Under the pieces are notes generated by a model. The model saw only the letters and a list, made by a program, of their open reading frames with translations, was not told where the DNA came from and ran no database searches. Source: Phycisphaerales bacterium (GTDB lineage: Bacteria; Planctomycetota; Phycisphaerae; Phycisphaerales; UBA1924). Taken from it: a DNA stretch of 64,000 nucleotides. Positions 19,152 to 29,378 of the stretch are shown here, in pieces (position 1 is the stretch's first letter; each line of letters starts with the position of its first letter). The DNA lies in the NCBI GenBank assembly GCA_965227775.1, contig OZ245777.1, positions 3,040,001 through 3,104,000 on the forward strand, read 5' to 3'. A program made the translations under genes and the position numbers.

Positions 19152-20630
19152 ATGATGAGCACCAGGCCAGCAAGAGGGACGCTAGTGGTGGCCCGAAGCC
19201 TGTCGGTTGTGCTGGCGATCGGCCTTGGCACGACGGTTTTTGCGGTCCAGTCCGGGCCTTCCAGTGTCGTCATGAGCAATGCGCCCGTCGCGCTCGAGCC
19301 GGTGGGCCTGGAGATGCAGATACCCGTAGATGTCTCCGCCTACCGGGCTGACCGCGGGGATGTCCCGACGCTGGAGATCCACCCGAACTACAGCAACTGG
19401 TTCATGATCGTCCAGGCACCCCAGCAGCGCGTTGGCCTGCCGGGCGATGGGCCCGGCCGGGCCGGCGGTGGCCTGCGCGTGGATGACCTGACCGACCGCA
19501 TCCTCGAGAACGTTCTGGGCAGCTACCGCGTCGATGAGGCCAGCACGGAGGCCATCGAAAGCCGGGCTCGCGTGCTGCTCCGGGAGACCGGCCTGACCGT
19601 GGCCGGACGCCCGGCTTCGCGGTTCTATGTCGCGTTTCCGGAGAAGGACCTCGAGCGCATCAGGATGTACACCCTGGTCGACGCGGGGGCGGGCCAGATG
19701 GTCAGCTTCGACCTGATGTGCGATCCCGCCGACGAGCGGGAAGCGCGTCTGGCATATCTGGCCGTGCTGCGCAGCGCCCAGTTTTTCGGCAACTCCGAGA
19801 TCGCAGTCGGCCGTGCGTTCGCCCTTGAGACGACCGAGGCGCTCATCGCCACGCTCACAGACGCGGACTACACGCGAGCCCTCCAGCAGATGGACGGCAG
19901 GTGGGATCGCCTGAGCATCCCATCGGCCACCGGCCACGAGATGGACGACACCGAACGAGGCTACCGACGCATTCGAGCCTGGAAGGGCAAGCGCGGCGAG
20001 ATCAACCCGGAGCGCACCGAGAGCTCTTGGACTGAGGAAGAGCAGGAAGAGGGCTACCTGTTCCGCATGGATGGCCGCATGGTCGAACGCACGCTCGGCG
20101 GCTCGTGGAATCTGGTTGACACGCGGATCATCTGCTTCATGAGCCTTGACCGCCAGAAGGAGGCGTGGACGGCTTCGACCACCTTCCGCCAGGGCGATCA
20201 GAAGCCCATCGTGAACACGGAGTTCGGCGTGCGTACCGGCGAACGCATGAACGTTGCGCGGCGGGGCATTACGTCCAACACGCTGCAACCAGCGGTGCCG
20301 CCTCGCGGATTCGTGAATCAGGTCGAGTTCTACTTGCTACCGCAGCTGGTCATCAACAACGGTGCGAAAGCGACCTATGGCGTCTACGCATACGCGAGCG
20401 GAGACAGCAGCGTGCGATACCGCCAGTTCGAGCTCGAAGAAGGCACCGGTGTCGCCGATTGGCAGCTCAGCACAGAGCTTGGCGAAGACGCGACGTCCAT
20501 CTCGCTGTACGACGCGAAGGCGGTCTTCCTGGGCAGCGATCGCGGCGATGGATCTCGCTGGACGCCGTCGACGCAGCGGGAGTTGCTCGACCTCTGGCAG
20601 CAGAAGGGGCTGCCAACGTCTGCTCGATAG
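19152..20630 (+). CDS. Exported hypothetical protein
   Basis: GGAGG Shine-Dalgarno, N-terminal hydrophobic signal-like segment, long frame with high GC3; no family recognised. Confidence 0.75.
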   Translation: MMSTRPARGTLVVARSLSVVLAIGLGTTVFAVQSGPSSVVMSNAPVALEPVGLEMQIPVDVSAYRADRGDVPTLEIHPNYSNWFMIVQAPQQRVGLPGDGPGRAGGGLRVDDLTDRILENVLGSYRVDEASTEAIESRARVLLRETGLTVAGRPASRFYVAFPEKDLERIRMYTLVDAGAGQMVSFDLMCDPADEREARLAYLAVLRSAQFFGNSEIAVGRAFALETTEALIATLTDADYTRALQQMDGRWDRLSIPSATGHEMDDTERGYRRIRAWKGKRGEINPERTESSWTEEEQEEGYLFRMDGRMVERTLGGSWNLVDTRIICFMSLDRQKEAWTASTTFRQGDQKPIVNTEFGVRTGERMNVARRGITSNTLQPAVPPRGFVNQVEFYLLPQLVINNGAKATYGVYAYASGDSSVRYRQFELEEGTGVADWQLSTELGEDATSISLYDAKAVFLGSDRGDGSRWTPSTQRELLDLWQQKGLPTSAR

Positions 20631-20698
20631 CCCGCCCACCCCGACGACCGAACGAACCTATAACTCATGCAGGACACGTATGCGGAAGGAGCCGCCGC

Positions 20699-21745
20699 AT
20701 GGCGCTGGATCGGGTGATCGCCCCCACTGCCACCGACACTGCCGACGAGCACGCTGGCTGGGCGCTCCGACCCCAGCGGCTCTCCGAATACGTCGGCCAG
20801 CGCGACACGCTCGAGAGGCTGGCGATCGCCGTTCAGGCGGCCCGTGGCCGCAGCGAGTCGCTCGACCACGTGCTGCTGCATGGCCCACCCGGCCTTGGAA
20901 AGACCACGCTGGCCCACGTCATCGCCGCCGAGATGGGCACGAAGGTGCACGTTACCAGCGGCCCGGCCCTCTCGCGCGGCACCGACCTCGTCGCCGCATT
21001 GACGAGACTTGAGTCCGGCGACGTGCTTTTTATCGATGAGATACACCGCACCCCAGCGGCAGTGGAAGAGTTTGTGTACCCGGCAATGGAAGACTTTCGC
21101 GTTGATGTCACGCTCGACGCGGGTCTGAATGCCCGGACGGTCCAGATCAAGTGCAAGCCGTTTACGCTCATCGGCGCCACGACGCGAGCGGGCTTGCTGA
21201 GCGCGCCGCTGCGGAGCCGCTTTGGTCTCATCCACCACCTTCGGTTTTACGAGGTGGCCGAGTTGGCAGCCATCGTCGAACGCAGCGCCGGACTACTCAG
21301 CCTCTCGATTGAGGCCTCGGCCATCGATGCCATTGCGCGTCGCAGTCGTGGCACGCCTCGTATCGCCAACCGCCTGCTCCGCCGAGTTAGAGACTTCGCC
21401 TCGGTCAGGTCCGATGGCACCGCCACCGCCGCCACCGTCGACGAGGCGTTGTCCCTCGAGGGCGTCGACGCGCTTGGCCTCGACGAACTCGACCGAGCCT
21501 ACCTCCGCACGATTGGCACTACGTACAAGGGCGGGCCAGTGGGCCTCGAGGCTCTTGCAGCGACCATGAACGAGGACCCCGGCACGCTTGAGGACATGGT
21601 CGAACCCTTCCTGCTCAAGCTCGGATTCGTCGCACGCCATCGCCGGGGACGGGAGTTGACCGCTGCGGGCGCGAGCCACGTGGGCATCGAGGTCTCGCTG
21701 CCATCAAGCGAAGATCCACCGTTGTTCGACAAGGAAGCGTCTTAG
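20699..21745 (+). CDS. ruvB: Holliday junction branch migration helicase RuvB
   Basis: LRPQRLSEYVGQ, HGPPGLGKTTLA, FIDEIHR, GATTRAG, RGTPRIANRLLRRVRDF. Confidence 0.97.
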   Translation: MALDRVIAPTATDTADEHAGWALRPQRLSEYVGQRDTLERLAIAVQAARGRSESLDHVLLHGPPGLGKTTLAHVIAAEMGTKVHVTSGPALSRGTDLVAALTRLESGDVLFIDEIHRTPAAVEEFVYPAMEDFRVDVTLDAGLNARTVQIKCKPFTLIGATTRAGLLSAPLRSRFGLIHHLRFYEVAELAAIVERSAGLLSLSIEASAIDAIARRSRGTPRIANRLLRRVRDFASVRSDGTATAATVDEALSLEGVDALGLDELDRAYLRTIGTTYKGGPVGLEALAATMNEDPGTLEDMVEPFLLKLGFVARHRRGRELTAAGASHVGIEVSLPSSEDPPLFDKEAS

Positions 21746-22101
21746 CACTTGCCTCAGGCCTCTCAGCGGCACTCGTGCTATCGCTTACTGGCTATCGATC
21801 GCTCGAGTCGCTGCGGGCGACCAAGTTGCCTCGCGTCGAGGTGATTGCACAACGAGAACTTGACGGATGACTCAACTACAGCTGGTCACTGCGTCTCCCA
21901 GCTATCTCACTTCGTACAGGCCCACGCACGACACAAAGCGAGGTCCAGCACATGGCTCGCGGGTTACTCCAGATCCGTTTGCCAAAGACCCGCGAGAGCT
22001 CAGCACAGTAGGGCCTGCTACCACATCCATGCGCGAGGCTTCATCAGCGAACGCAAGGCACCTTGACACGCGCGCAGCAGCTCGGGGCATCTAAGTCACG
22101 A

Positions 22102-22953
22102 TCAGCGCTGTTGCCCGTCGCGCGACCGTCGAGCCGGTTGATCACGGTTCCTATCCTGGCGCGCCCCCGGGCCGCGCCTCACGCTTGGAGGGTCAGGCGT
22201 GCCCTTCCACATGCGGGGTATGGGAGGGAAGTCCTCGGTGATCATGTAGTAGTATGTGCCCTCGGGATGATCGGGTGTGACACCGAATCTTCCGTTGCAC
22301 TCATCGAGATCACCAAGTCCTTCGATGTACTCCCAGTCATGACCGAACGTGCCGTCGTAGCGTCCGCCCGGCCCGTCGGGGCGTGCAGGGCGTTGGCCGT
22401 CCTTTAACCAATAGCTTGACCGAAGTGCGCGTGGTGCAGAAGTTGGATCCATCGGATCCGCATATCCCAGTCCCGCATAGATTGGAAACCCATCGAAGGC
22501 CCATCCGATCTGGATCATCGTGTTGCGCCCAAGCTCCTCGGACAGAGACTCGACGAGGCCGCTGGGTAGGCCGTGGTAATGGTACTTGCCAGAACCCTGG
22601 ACGTGGGCGTTATGGTGGTCCAGGCCGAGATTGATGCCTCCGCCCAGCGCCTCGTAGTTCCATAGTGAACGTGCGCCAAAGACGCGGTCGTTTTCTGGAG
22701 TCCAGAACTCTCCAGTCCCAGCGTCCATGATCACTCCATTCAAGCAGATACCAAACTCCCCTGCGGAGGGCGTTGGCGCATCTGCCACGACGGGGTTGAG
22801 CGGGAGCTTGTATTCATGAGCTTGCGGGCTCATCGCATGGGGATTGTGGCGATTCGGAAACGTCCCCGTGCCATGCTCCGGTATCCCGTTCGCGCGAACG
22901 ATGCGATACTCGCCTTCGATGCTCACCGAAGTGCTCGAGGCTACATCGGGCAA
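22102..22953 (-). CDS. YHYH-domain protein (start uncertain)
   Basis: NGIPEH...FPN, LDHHNAHVQ..GKYHYHG, IGWAFDGFPIY, GDLDECNGR, YYYMIT. Confidence 0.85.
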   Translation of the reverse strand: MPDVASSTSVSIEGEYRIVRANGIPEHGTGTFPNRHNPHAMSPQAHEYKLPLNPVVADAPTPSAGEFGICLNGVIMDAGTGEFWTPENDRVFGARSLWNYEALGGGINLGLDHHNAHVQGSGKYHYHGLPSGLVESLSEELGRNTMIQIGWAFDGFPIYAGLGYADPMDPTSAPRALRSSYWLKDGQRPARPDGPGGRYDGTFGHDWEYIEGLGDLDECNGRFGVTPDHPEGTYYYMITEDFPPIPRMWKGTPDPPSVRRGPGARQDRNRDQPARRSRDGQQR

Positions 22954-23262
22954 CGGGTTGCGAGCCGCTTCATCACCAACTTGCTGACCACGTCGTTGTC
23001 GATCGTCATTGTTTGCACCCCCGCGGCCACGAGGCCCACACCCACCCGCTGACGATCCGTGAGATCAGGCGGATCCTGCTTCTGCACCTCGCAGACGCGG
23101 CGCCGGGCGACGCCGCTCGATAGCCACAACGATCCCGCATTCCGCGAATCGCGTGAGCCCTCGGACGTCCGATCCTTCGGGAAAACATCGTCGTTGTGCT
23201 GCCGGAGCTCTTGCCTAGTGTGGGGTCGGAGTAGAGCTGACAATTAGCACGAGAGGTGTTCC

Positions 23263-24567
23263 ATGCAGCGTTCGATCACTCGGTGCGGCCAATCCGCACG
23301 CCCGTCGTCTTTCTTGGGTTCCATGCGTTCGAGAGCCACGCAGCCGGTGCTACCGCTCCTCGCCGCGGCGATCCTCACCGCATCCCCCGCCTTTGCCGAC
23401 ATCATCAACGTTCCGGCCGACCAACCCACGATCCAGGCGGGTATCGATGCCGCCGTCGACGGCGACGAGGTCGTTGTGGCGCCGGGCACCTATCTGGAGG
23501 CCATCGACTTCAACGGCAAGGCGATCACCGTGCGAAGCGCTGATCCGTCCGACCCGGGCATCATCGTCACGACCGTCATCAACGGCACGGGCAACGACTA
23601 CACCGTGCAAACCGCCAGTGGTGAGGGGCTCGATTCGATACTCAGCGGCTTCGTGATCACCGGCGCAACAGAAGCGGGCATGCTGATCAGCGGGAGCAGC
23701 CCGACGCTCACGTCGAACACCTTCGCCCTCAATGACGATGGGATCCTGATCGAGGGTGGAAGCCCGTTCATCAACGCCTGCTCGATCGTGGACAATTTGG
23801 ATCGCGGGATCGAGATTGCCACAGAGACCGTTAGCGACCCCACGATTGTCGGCAGTGTCATTGCCCGCAACCTCGTTGCACTCGAGATGACATCGCGAGC
23901 CTCGAGCATCACGGTCCGTGACACCCGGTTTGAATCAAATGGCAGTGGATTCGCTGGAGCGGCTGGCGGCGGCGACATCACATTGACGAGTTGCACCTTC
24001 TTCGACAACGGCGGTTCAGCGCTGACGATTTTGTCCCCAAGCAGTTGCACCATCACGGGCTGCTCGTTCGACTCGAATCGGGGCATCGGCATGACTATGG
24101 CCGGTTCAGGGCCGGACACGACGGTTACCGATACGCTCTTCACCGATAATGCGGGCTTCGCGCTCCAGGCGATCGGCCCAAACACGCCGACGATCACGCG
24201 TTGCACGTTCAGCCGGCACCGCTCGAGTGCCGTGTTCCTGAGATCCAGCAGTATGCAGTTTTCGGAGCCGACGTTCATCGACTGCGTGTTCACAGAGAAC
24301 CGATCGGGGGTTCCCGGGGGCGCGATCCTCTCGCTGCCCGACTCCGACCCGACACTGATCCGCTGCGTCTTCTTCTCGAACTCGCCCGACGAGATCGACG
24401 GCCCGTTCACGGACGGCGGAGGCAATGTCTTCGACGCGCCATTCGCCCCACCGCCCGCGCTGACCGAGCCCGAGTGCCGCTTTGCGGACCTCGCCGAGCC
24501 ACGGGACAGCCTGGACTTCTTCGACCTGCTCGCGTTCATCGCGATCGTCGAACAGGGCTGCCCATAG
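23263..24567 (+). CDS. Secreted right-handed beta-helix protein with a C-terminal GC-type dockerin-like tail (alternative start 23323)
   Basis: Signal peptide, IINVPADQPTIQAGIDAA, CTFFDN/CSFDSN/CVFTEN repeats, ends DFFDLLAF...QGCP. Confidence 0.85.
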   Translation: MQRSITRCGQSARPSSFLGSMRSRATQPVLPLLAAAILTASPAFADIINVPADQPTIQAGIDAAVDGDEVVVAPGTYLEAIDFNGKAITVRSADPSDPGIIVTTVINGTGNDYTVQTASGEGLDSILSGFVITGATEAGMLISGSSPTLTSNTFALNDDGILIEGGSPFINACSIVDNLDRGIEIATETVSDPTIVGSVIARNLVALEMTSRASSITVRDTRFESNGSGFAGAAGGGDITLTSCTFFDNGGSALTILSPSSCTITGCSFDSNRGIGMTMAGSGPDTTVTDTLFTDNAGFALQAIGPNTPTITRCTFSRHRSSAVFLRSSSMQFSEPTFIDCVFTENRSGVPGGAILSLPDSDPTLIRCVFFSNSPDEIDGPFTDGGGNVFDAPFAPPPALTEPECRFADLAEPRDSLDFFDLLAFIAIVEQGCP

Positions 24568-24641
24568 CCCAGCGCATTGCCCCCCAGCATTTCCTATAGT
24601 GGCCAGCTCACGGTCAGGCTCAGCCCGCCCGTGGGTGACAT

Positions 24642-24713
24642 GCGGGTGTAGTTCAGTGGTAGAACGTCAGCTTCCCAAGCTGAATGTCGTCGGTTCGATC
24701 CCGATCACCCGCT
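24642..24713 (+). tRNA. tRNA-Gly (anticodon CCC), no encoded CCA
   Basis: Acceptor stem GCGGGTG/CACCCGC, D-loop AGTGGTA, anticodon arm TCAGC-TTCCCAA-GCTGA, T-loop GGTTCGATCCC, discriminator T. Confidence 0.97.
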
Positions 24714-25778
24714 TTCTTGAGTCCCCAATCGCCCAGTTCTGCCGTTCTTGGCACCCTGGGCAGCGGCCAGCGACTGGACGCGTTCGCGTGCCAGTTCCGC
24801 CCGAAGCGCGAGCTCATCGATCTGCGAACAGGCGTGCTTCATCGCCTTCACAACGTCCGGCGCATACTCGCTCCGGGCCGAGTTGCACGCGTGCACTAGT
24901 ACGTCCGCACCCGCCTCCACGGCGAGGCGCATCGTGTCCTCCAGCGACCATCGGGCCCGCACTCCCTCCATGTCGAGTGCGTCGGTAAAGACGGGGCCCG
25001 CAAATCCCAGTTCGTTGCGGAGCAGCCCCGTCGTCACCGCGTGCGATAGCGACGCAGGTCGGTCCGTATCGAGTTGGTCCAGCATCAGGTGCCCAGTCAT
25101 CACGCCGACCGCCTCGCCCAGGAGCGCGTGGTATGGCGCGAGTTCGCGCTCACGGTCCCAGCTATGGGAGATGTCAGCAAGATCGTGGTGCGAGTCGACA
25201 GACGCCGATCCGTGTCCGGGAAAATGCTTGAGGACGCAGGACACCCCCGACTCTTGGTGCGCTCGCACGACGCGCGTGGCGCATACCGCGACGTCGGCCG
25301 GATCGCTCGCAAATGACCGATCCAACGCCCCAATGACTGGCGACGCGGGATCGATGTTCACATCAACGCACGGCGTGAAGTTGATCGTGACGCCGGCCTC
25401 TCGCAGTGTACCTGCCATCGAACGTGATTGTGACCACTGGTCTTCTTTGGTCAGCGATGCGAACGCGCGCGCCGAGGGCCAGCCTTCGAATCCGTGCGCA
25501 CGGGAGAGGCGCTGCACGCGACCGCCTTCCTGGTCGATCGCAACCTGAGCGTCGTCGCCAAGGCGTGATCGCACGTGATCTGTCAGCACTCGGATCTGAT
25601 CGGGCGATCGCACGTTCCGCTCCCCGTCGGTCGCCAGGTCGTGATCGAACAGGATCACCATCCGCACACCCGCATGCGCGCAAGCGTCGAGGTCCAGCTC
25701 GAGCTCTGGGTCGCCAGGCATACCGCCGCGGATCCCGAGCATCGTCATCGCTCCGAGCTGCCGAAGTGCTTCGCTCAA
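24705..25778 (-). CDS. nagZ: Glycoside hydrolase family 3 beta-N-acetylhexosaminidase (NagZ-like)
   Basis: IDQEGGRVQRL, KHFPGHGSASVDSH (NagZ signature), FTDALDM; probable TTG start overlapping the symporter stop. Confidence 0.85.
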   Translation of the reverse strand: MSEALRQLGAMTMLGIRGGMPGDPELELDLDACAHAGVRMVILFDHDLATDGERNVRSPDQIRVLTDHVRSRLGDDAQVAIDQEGGRVQRLSRAHGFEGWPSARAFASLTKEDQWSQSRSMAGTLREAGVTINFTPCVDVNIDPASPVIGALDRSFASDPADVAVCATRVVRAHQESGVSCVLKHFPGHGSASVDSHHDLADISHSWDRERELAPYHALLGEAVGVMTGHLMLDQLDTDRPASLSHAVTTGLLRNELGFAGPVFTDALDMEGVRARWSLEDTMRLAVEAGADVLVHACNSARSEYAPDVVKAMKHACSQIDELALRAELARERVQSLAAAQGAKNGRTGRLGTQESG

Positions 25779-27226
25779 CGCACCGATCCCTTCACCAGCG
25801 AGCAGACCCCGAGGCTTACGATGAAGCCGCCGAGCATGCGCCATCCGAGCGACGGCGCCGGATCAATCACGAATTGCATCACCGCGACGGTGCCCGCACC
25901 AAAGACTAACGCACACAGCACCGTTGGAGCGCTCCCGCGCCCGAGTAGCAGCGTCGATACGAAGACCCCGAGCAGCCCCGCATAGGCATAGATCATGACG
26001 CCCAGCGCGAAGGGGATCAGCCCCTCGCTCTTGCCGCCCTCGGCCAGCACAAAGACGCCCGCTACGACGATCAACGCCGCGCCGCACATGGCGTTCACGA
26101 TACGGGCGGTTCGCGCACCGGCATCCTTCTTGCCGATTCCAAGATCTACAACCACCGAGCTCGACATCGCGTTGAGCGCCGAGTCGGTGCTACTCATCGC
26201 GGCCGCAAACAGGCCCGCAACGAGGAGGCCTCGCAGGCCAGCCGGGAGATCGTCCAGGATGAACGCGAGGTACACGCCGCGTGTGTCGCCCTCGACAATC
26301 CCGCCGCCCGAGGCATCGCGCACGAACAGCAGCAGCCCAACGCACAGGAACAGCCCGACGACGAGCGTGCCGAGCAAGCTCGACGCGACCAGCGACCACG
26401 CCGCACGGGGCGCGCTCCGCGAAGTCAGCAGCCGCTGGGCAAGGTCCTGGTCCGTCCCGAACGCGGCGGCGTTGAAGAGCGTGAGACCAAGCAGAACCGC
26501 CCAGAGGGTGAAGGGGGAGCTCAGGTTCCACGACAGATCGATCAGCACGAGCTTCTCACCCGTGGGGTCAGCGTCGGCGATTGCGGCGGGCAGATCGCCC
26601 GGCGCGACACCGATCTGGCCGACAAGTACCCAGATGCTCGCGATCACCGCGACGACCATGACCAACGCCTGGAGCGCGTCCGTCCAGATGACCGCCTTGA
26701 TGCCGCCCCACGACGTGTAGATCAGCGCCAGCGTCCCGAGCGATGCGACACAAATCAGCAGGTGACCGATCGCCAGGTCGCTGAACACCATGAGGCTGCA
26801 GGGAACCGCCGCAATATAGAGCCGCGAGCCGCTCGCGAGCAGGCGGCCGAGCAGGAACGCCGCAGCGCATGACTTCTGTGCGAAGACGCCATGGCGTTCG
26901 CCGATGGGCTCGTACACCGTTGTCGCGTTAGCCGCATAGAACTTCGGCAGGAATAGCCACGCGACCAGCACCGCACCGAGCACGGACGCGATCGATGCGG
27001 ACAGGTACGTCAGGTCCGACGCGTACGACTGCTGCGGCCCGCCGATGAACGTCGCCCCCGATACGGACGTCGCGACGACCGAGATCGCGATCGCCCACGC
27101 CGGGACGCGCCGTTCGCCAGTGTACAGCGCCTCAGCACTCCGTACGCGCCGGGCCGCGAGCCAGCCGATCGCCAGCACCACGAGGGCATAGCCCGCAAAG
27201 ACGACACCGTCGAGAGCCGTCAACAC
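25775..27226 (-). CDS. Sodium:solute symporter (SSS family), probably for amino sugars
   Basis: SVVATSVSGATFIGGP, GGIKAVIWTDALQ, GTDQDLAQRLL, AAAMSSTDSALN. Confidence 0.92.
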   Translation of the reverse strand: MLTALDGVVFAGYALVVLAIGWLAARRVRSAEALYTGERRVPAWAIAISVVATSVSGATFIGGPQQSYASDLTYLSASIASVLGAVLVAWLFLPKFYAANATTVYEPIGERHGVFAQKSCAAAFLLGRLLASGSRLYIAAVPCSLMVFSDLAIGHLLICVASLGTLALIYTSWGGIKAVIWTDALQALVMVVAVIASIWVLVGQIGVAPGDLPAAIADADPTGEKLVLIDLSWNLSSPFTLWAVLLGLTLFNAAAFGTDQDLAQRLLTSRSAPRAAWSLVASSLLGTLVVGLFLCVGLLLFVRDASGGGIVEGDTRGVYLAFILDDLPAGLRGLLVAGLFAAAMSSTDSALNAMSSSVVVDLGIGKKDAGARTARIVNAMCGAALIVVAGVFVLAEGGKSEGLIPFALGVMIYAYAGLLGVFVSTLLLGRGSAPTVLCALVFGAGTVAVMQFVIDPAPSLGWRMLGGFIVSLGVCSLVKGSVR

Positions 27227-28134
27227 GACGTATCCCGCCGGAGTGCACCACGCAGCGATCCATCCGATGCCTCAAGCCTGGCTTCCGCCTCACCTCGTGA
27301 AACATGCAGTGAGCGCATGATCACCGCGACTTTTACGCGGCCACCCGCCTCGTCGAGCAGCGCGAAGGCATCTTCGCGCGATTCACCGGTGAGCCGCACC
27401 ACGATCCGTGCCGCCCGATCGCGTAGCTTGTCGTTTGTCGCGCTTACGTCGACCATGAGCCCATCGTGCACCTTGCCCCTGCGCACCATAAGGGCAGTCG
27501 ACATCATGTTGAGCACGAGCTTCGTTGCGGTGCCGGCCTTTAGTCGTGTGGAACCGGCGAGGACCTCCGGACCGGTCTCAATGTGGATCACGTGGTCCGC
27601 AACAAAATGTGCGGGCACGGTACCGCACGTCACCAGCGCCGTCAGTGCACCTCGGGAACGTGCGATCTCGATCGCTCCCAGCGGGTAGGGCGTGGTTCCG
27701 CCCGCGGTCAGCCCGATGACGGTGTCGAGCTGCCCCACATCTAAGCGCTCGAGTTCTGACCGAGCACCGTCTGGGTCATCCTCAAGCGACTCACTCGATC
27801 GCCGCAGTGCGGCATCGCCGCCCGCGATGATCCCGATGACGCGCGAAGGGTCCACGAGGAACGTCGGCGGGCACTCTGAGGCATCGAGCACGCCCAGGCG
27901 TCCCGATGTCCCGGCGCCCACATAGATCAGTCGGCCGCCCGCTCGAAACCTCAGCGCGACATCCTCCACCAATGCCGCGATTCGTCCCGATTGGGCGCGC
28001 ACGGCTCGTACGGCGCGCTCGTCTTCCTCGGACATGAGCAAGAGCAAGTCCGCCGTCGGCAGCGCATCCAGACCCGCGCTGCGCGGGTGCACGCCCTCCG
28101 TGGGCACGCTCGACCGGTCCGGCGGAGCTCTCAT
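27220..28134 (-). CDS. murQ: N-acetylmuramic acid 6-phosphate etherase
   Basis: YVGAGTSGRLGVLDASECPPTF, GPEVLAGSTRLKAGTATKLVLN. Confidence 0.96.
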   Translation of the reverse strand: MRAPPDRSSVPTEGVHPRSAGLDALPTADLLLLMSEEDERAVRAVRAQSGRIAALVEDVALRFRAGGRLIYVGAGTSGRLGVLDASECPPTFLVDPSRVIGIIAGGDAALRRSSESLEDDPDGARSELERLDVGQLDTVIGLTAGGTTPYPLGAIEIARSRGALTALVTCGTVPAHFVADHVIHIETGPEVLAGSTRLKAGTATKLVLNMMSTALMVRRGKVHDGLMVDVSATNDKLRDRAARIVVRLTGESREDAFALLDEAGGRVKVAVIMRSLHVSRGEAEARLEASDGSLRGALRRDTSC

Positions 28135-29210
28135 GGACGCACTCCGACCCAAGATCCTTCGGTCATCAGCCGTTTGCTCCGGCCTGTGATCGCTGCTTGC
28201 GTGTACACGACACCATCGAGCGCGAGCAGGCCAAGCACCGCGATGCACGCGGCCTCGCGTTCCTGAGCAGCGACATCGAACGCGTCCGTGGTCCGACTTG
28301 GTCCAGCGATGTTCTCGATCGCGCGCATGAGCGCCGCGTTCCGAACACCTCCGCCGGCGAGAACCACCGCGCCCGTACCCCGCACGCGCTCTCCGATAGC
28401 GGCTCCAACCGCGCAGGCAGCACTCGCCATCAGGGTGCAGCCATCGAGCGAGGCAAAGCGATCTACCCACGCGGTGCACTCATCGCCAGTACCGAGCGAG
28501 CGATCACCAGAAGACTGCGCGCGCAGGACTTCCAGGAGCGTGCCTACCGCCTCGCCGTCGGGCGTGCCGTTGAGGGCCGCTCGTCCGCTCTCGTCGTAGG
28601 TCTTTCCCAACGCTCGCCTGGCACAGGCATCGAGAAGTTGGTTGCAGGCGCACACATCGAAGCCTCGTACGCTCTCGGGCTTCGAGTTGGCCGGTAGCAT
28701 CGTGACATTGCAGAACCCACCGAGGTTCACGATCGCGCGGTCCTCGTCTTCGGATCGGAACAGCACCCAGTCCGCGATCGGGGTAATCGGGGCGCCCTGG
28801 CCGCCAGCCGCGAGGTCGGCGCTGCGCAGGTCGTGGAGTACCGGGCAGCCCAGCCGCTGCGCGAGGGGCCAGGGGTTCATGAGTTGCATCGAGATGGGCG
28901 GCGCGTGGACGACCGTCTGGCCGGGAAGTGCGCAAACCGCCGGCTCTATGCCTGCAGCGTCGAGCATGTCCCCGACGACCCGGGCGTGGAGCTCTCCAAG
29001 CTCCAGTCCGAGGCGCGCGAACTCTCCAGCTGCCATCGGCTCGCCGCTTGCTGCCGCCCGGAGCCCGCCCGCAAGATCGCCGAGCCCCGACTCTGCATGA
29101 CCGACCGTACGCGCGCGCAGTTCCAAGCCCGTTCCGTCCGCCTCCACGAGAACGGCGTCCAGCCCATCGAGGCTCGTCCCGGTCATGCAGCCTACGGCGT
29201 AGCGCACCAT
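28131..29210 (-). CDS. anmK: Anhydro-N-acetylmuramic acid kinase
   Basis: GCMTGTSLDGLD, DLAAGGQGAP, NLGGFCNVT, AGGGVRN, EREA; ATGA overlap with murQ. Confidence 0.93.
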   Translation of the reverse strand: MVRYAVGCMTGTSLDGLDAVLVEADGTGLELRARTVGHAESGLGDLAGGLRAAASGEPMAAGEFARLGLELGELHARVVGDMLDAAGIEPAVCALPGQTVVHAPPISMQLMNPWPLAQRLGCPVLHDLRSADLAAGGQGAPITPIADWVLFRSEDEDRAIVNLGGFCNVTMLPANSKPESVRGFDVCACNQLLDACARRALGKTYDESGRAALNGTPDGEAVGTLLEVLRAQSSGDRSLGTGDECTAWVDRFASLDGCTLMASAACAVGAAIGERVRGTGAVVLAGGGVRNAALMRAIENIAGPSRTTDAFDVAAQEREAACIAVLGLLALDGVVYTQAAITGRSKRLMTEGSWVGVRP

Positions 29211-29378
29211 CGACACTGTATCGGCGACCGCCCGCCTTGCCGCCCAGGGCCGGTGCACGTAAACAGCCGATCCAGGCCCAGCGCGAATGACCGCAGCACC
29301 GTCGGCTGCTTCCGCATCACCCTCTACAGATTCACTTGGGAATACTGGGATCGGCTGATCGAGCTAGCGGCCTCGCAC

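Noticed and set aside
21746..22101. Small ORFs or an ncRNA between ruvB and the YHYH gene
   Set aside because: No Shine-Dalgarno sequence, motif, codon bias or convincing structure
21746..24713. Genomic island or prophage at tRNA-Gly
   Set aside because: No integrase, transposase or duplicated tRNA 3' end (att site) seen in the window
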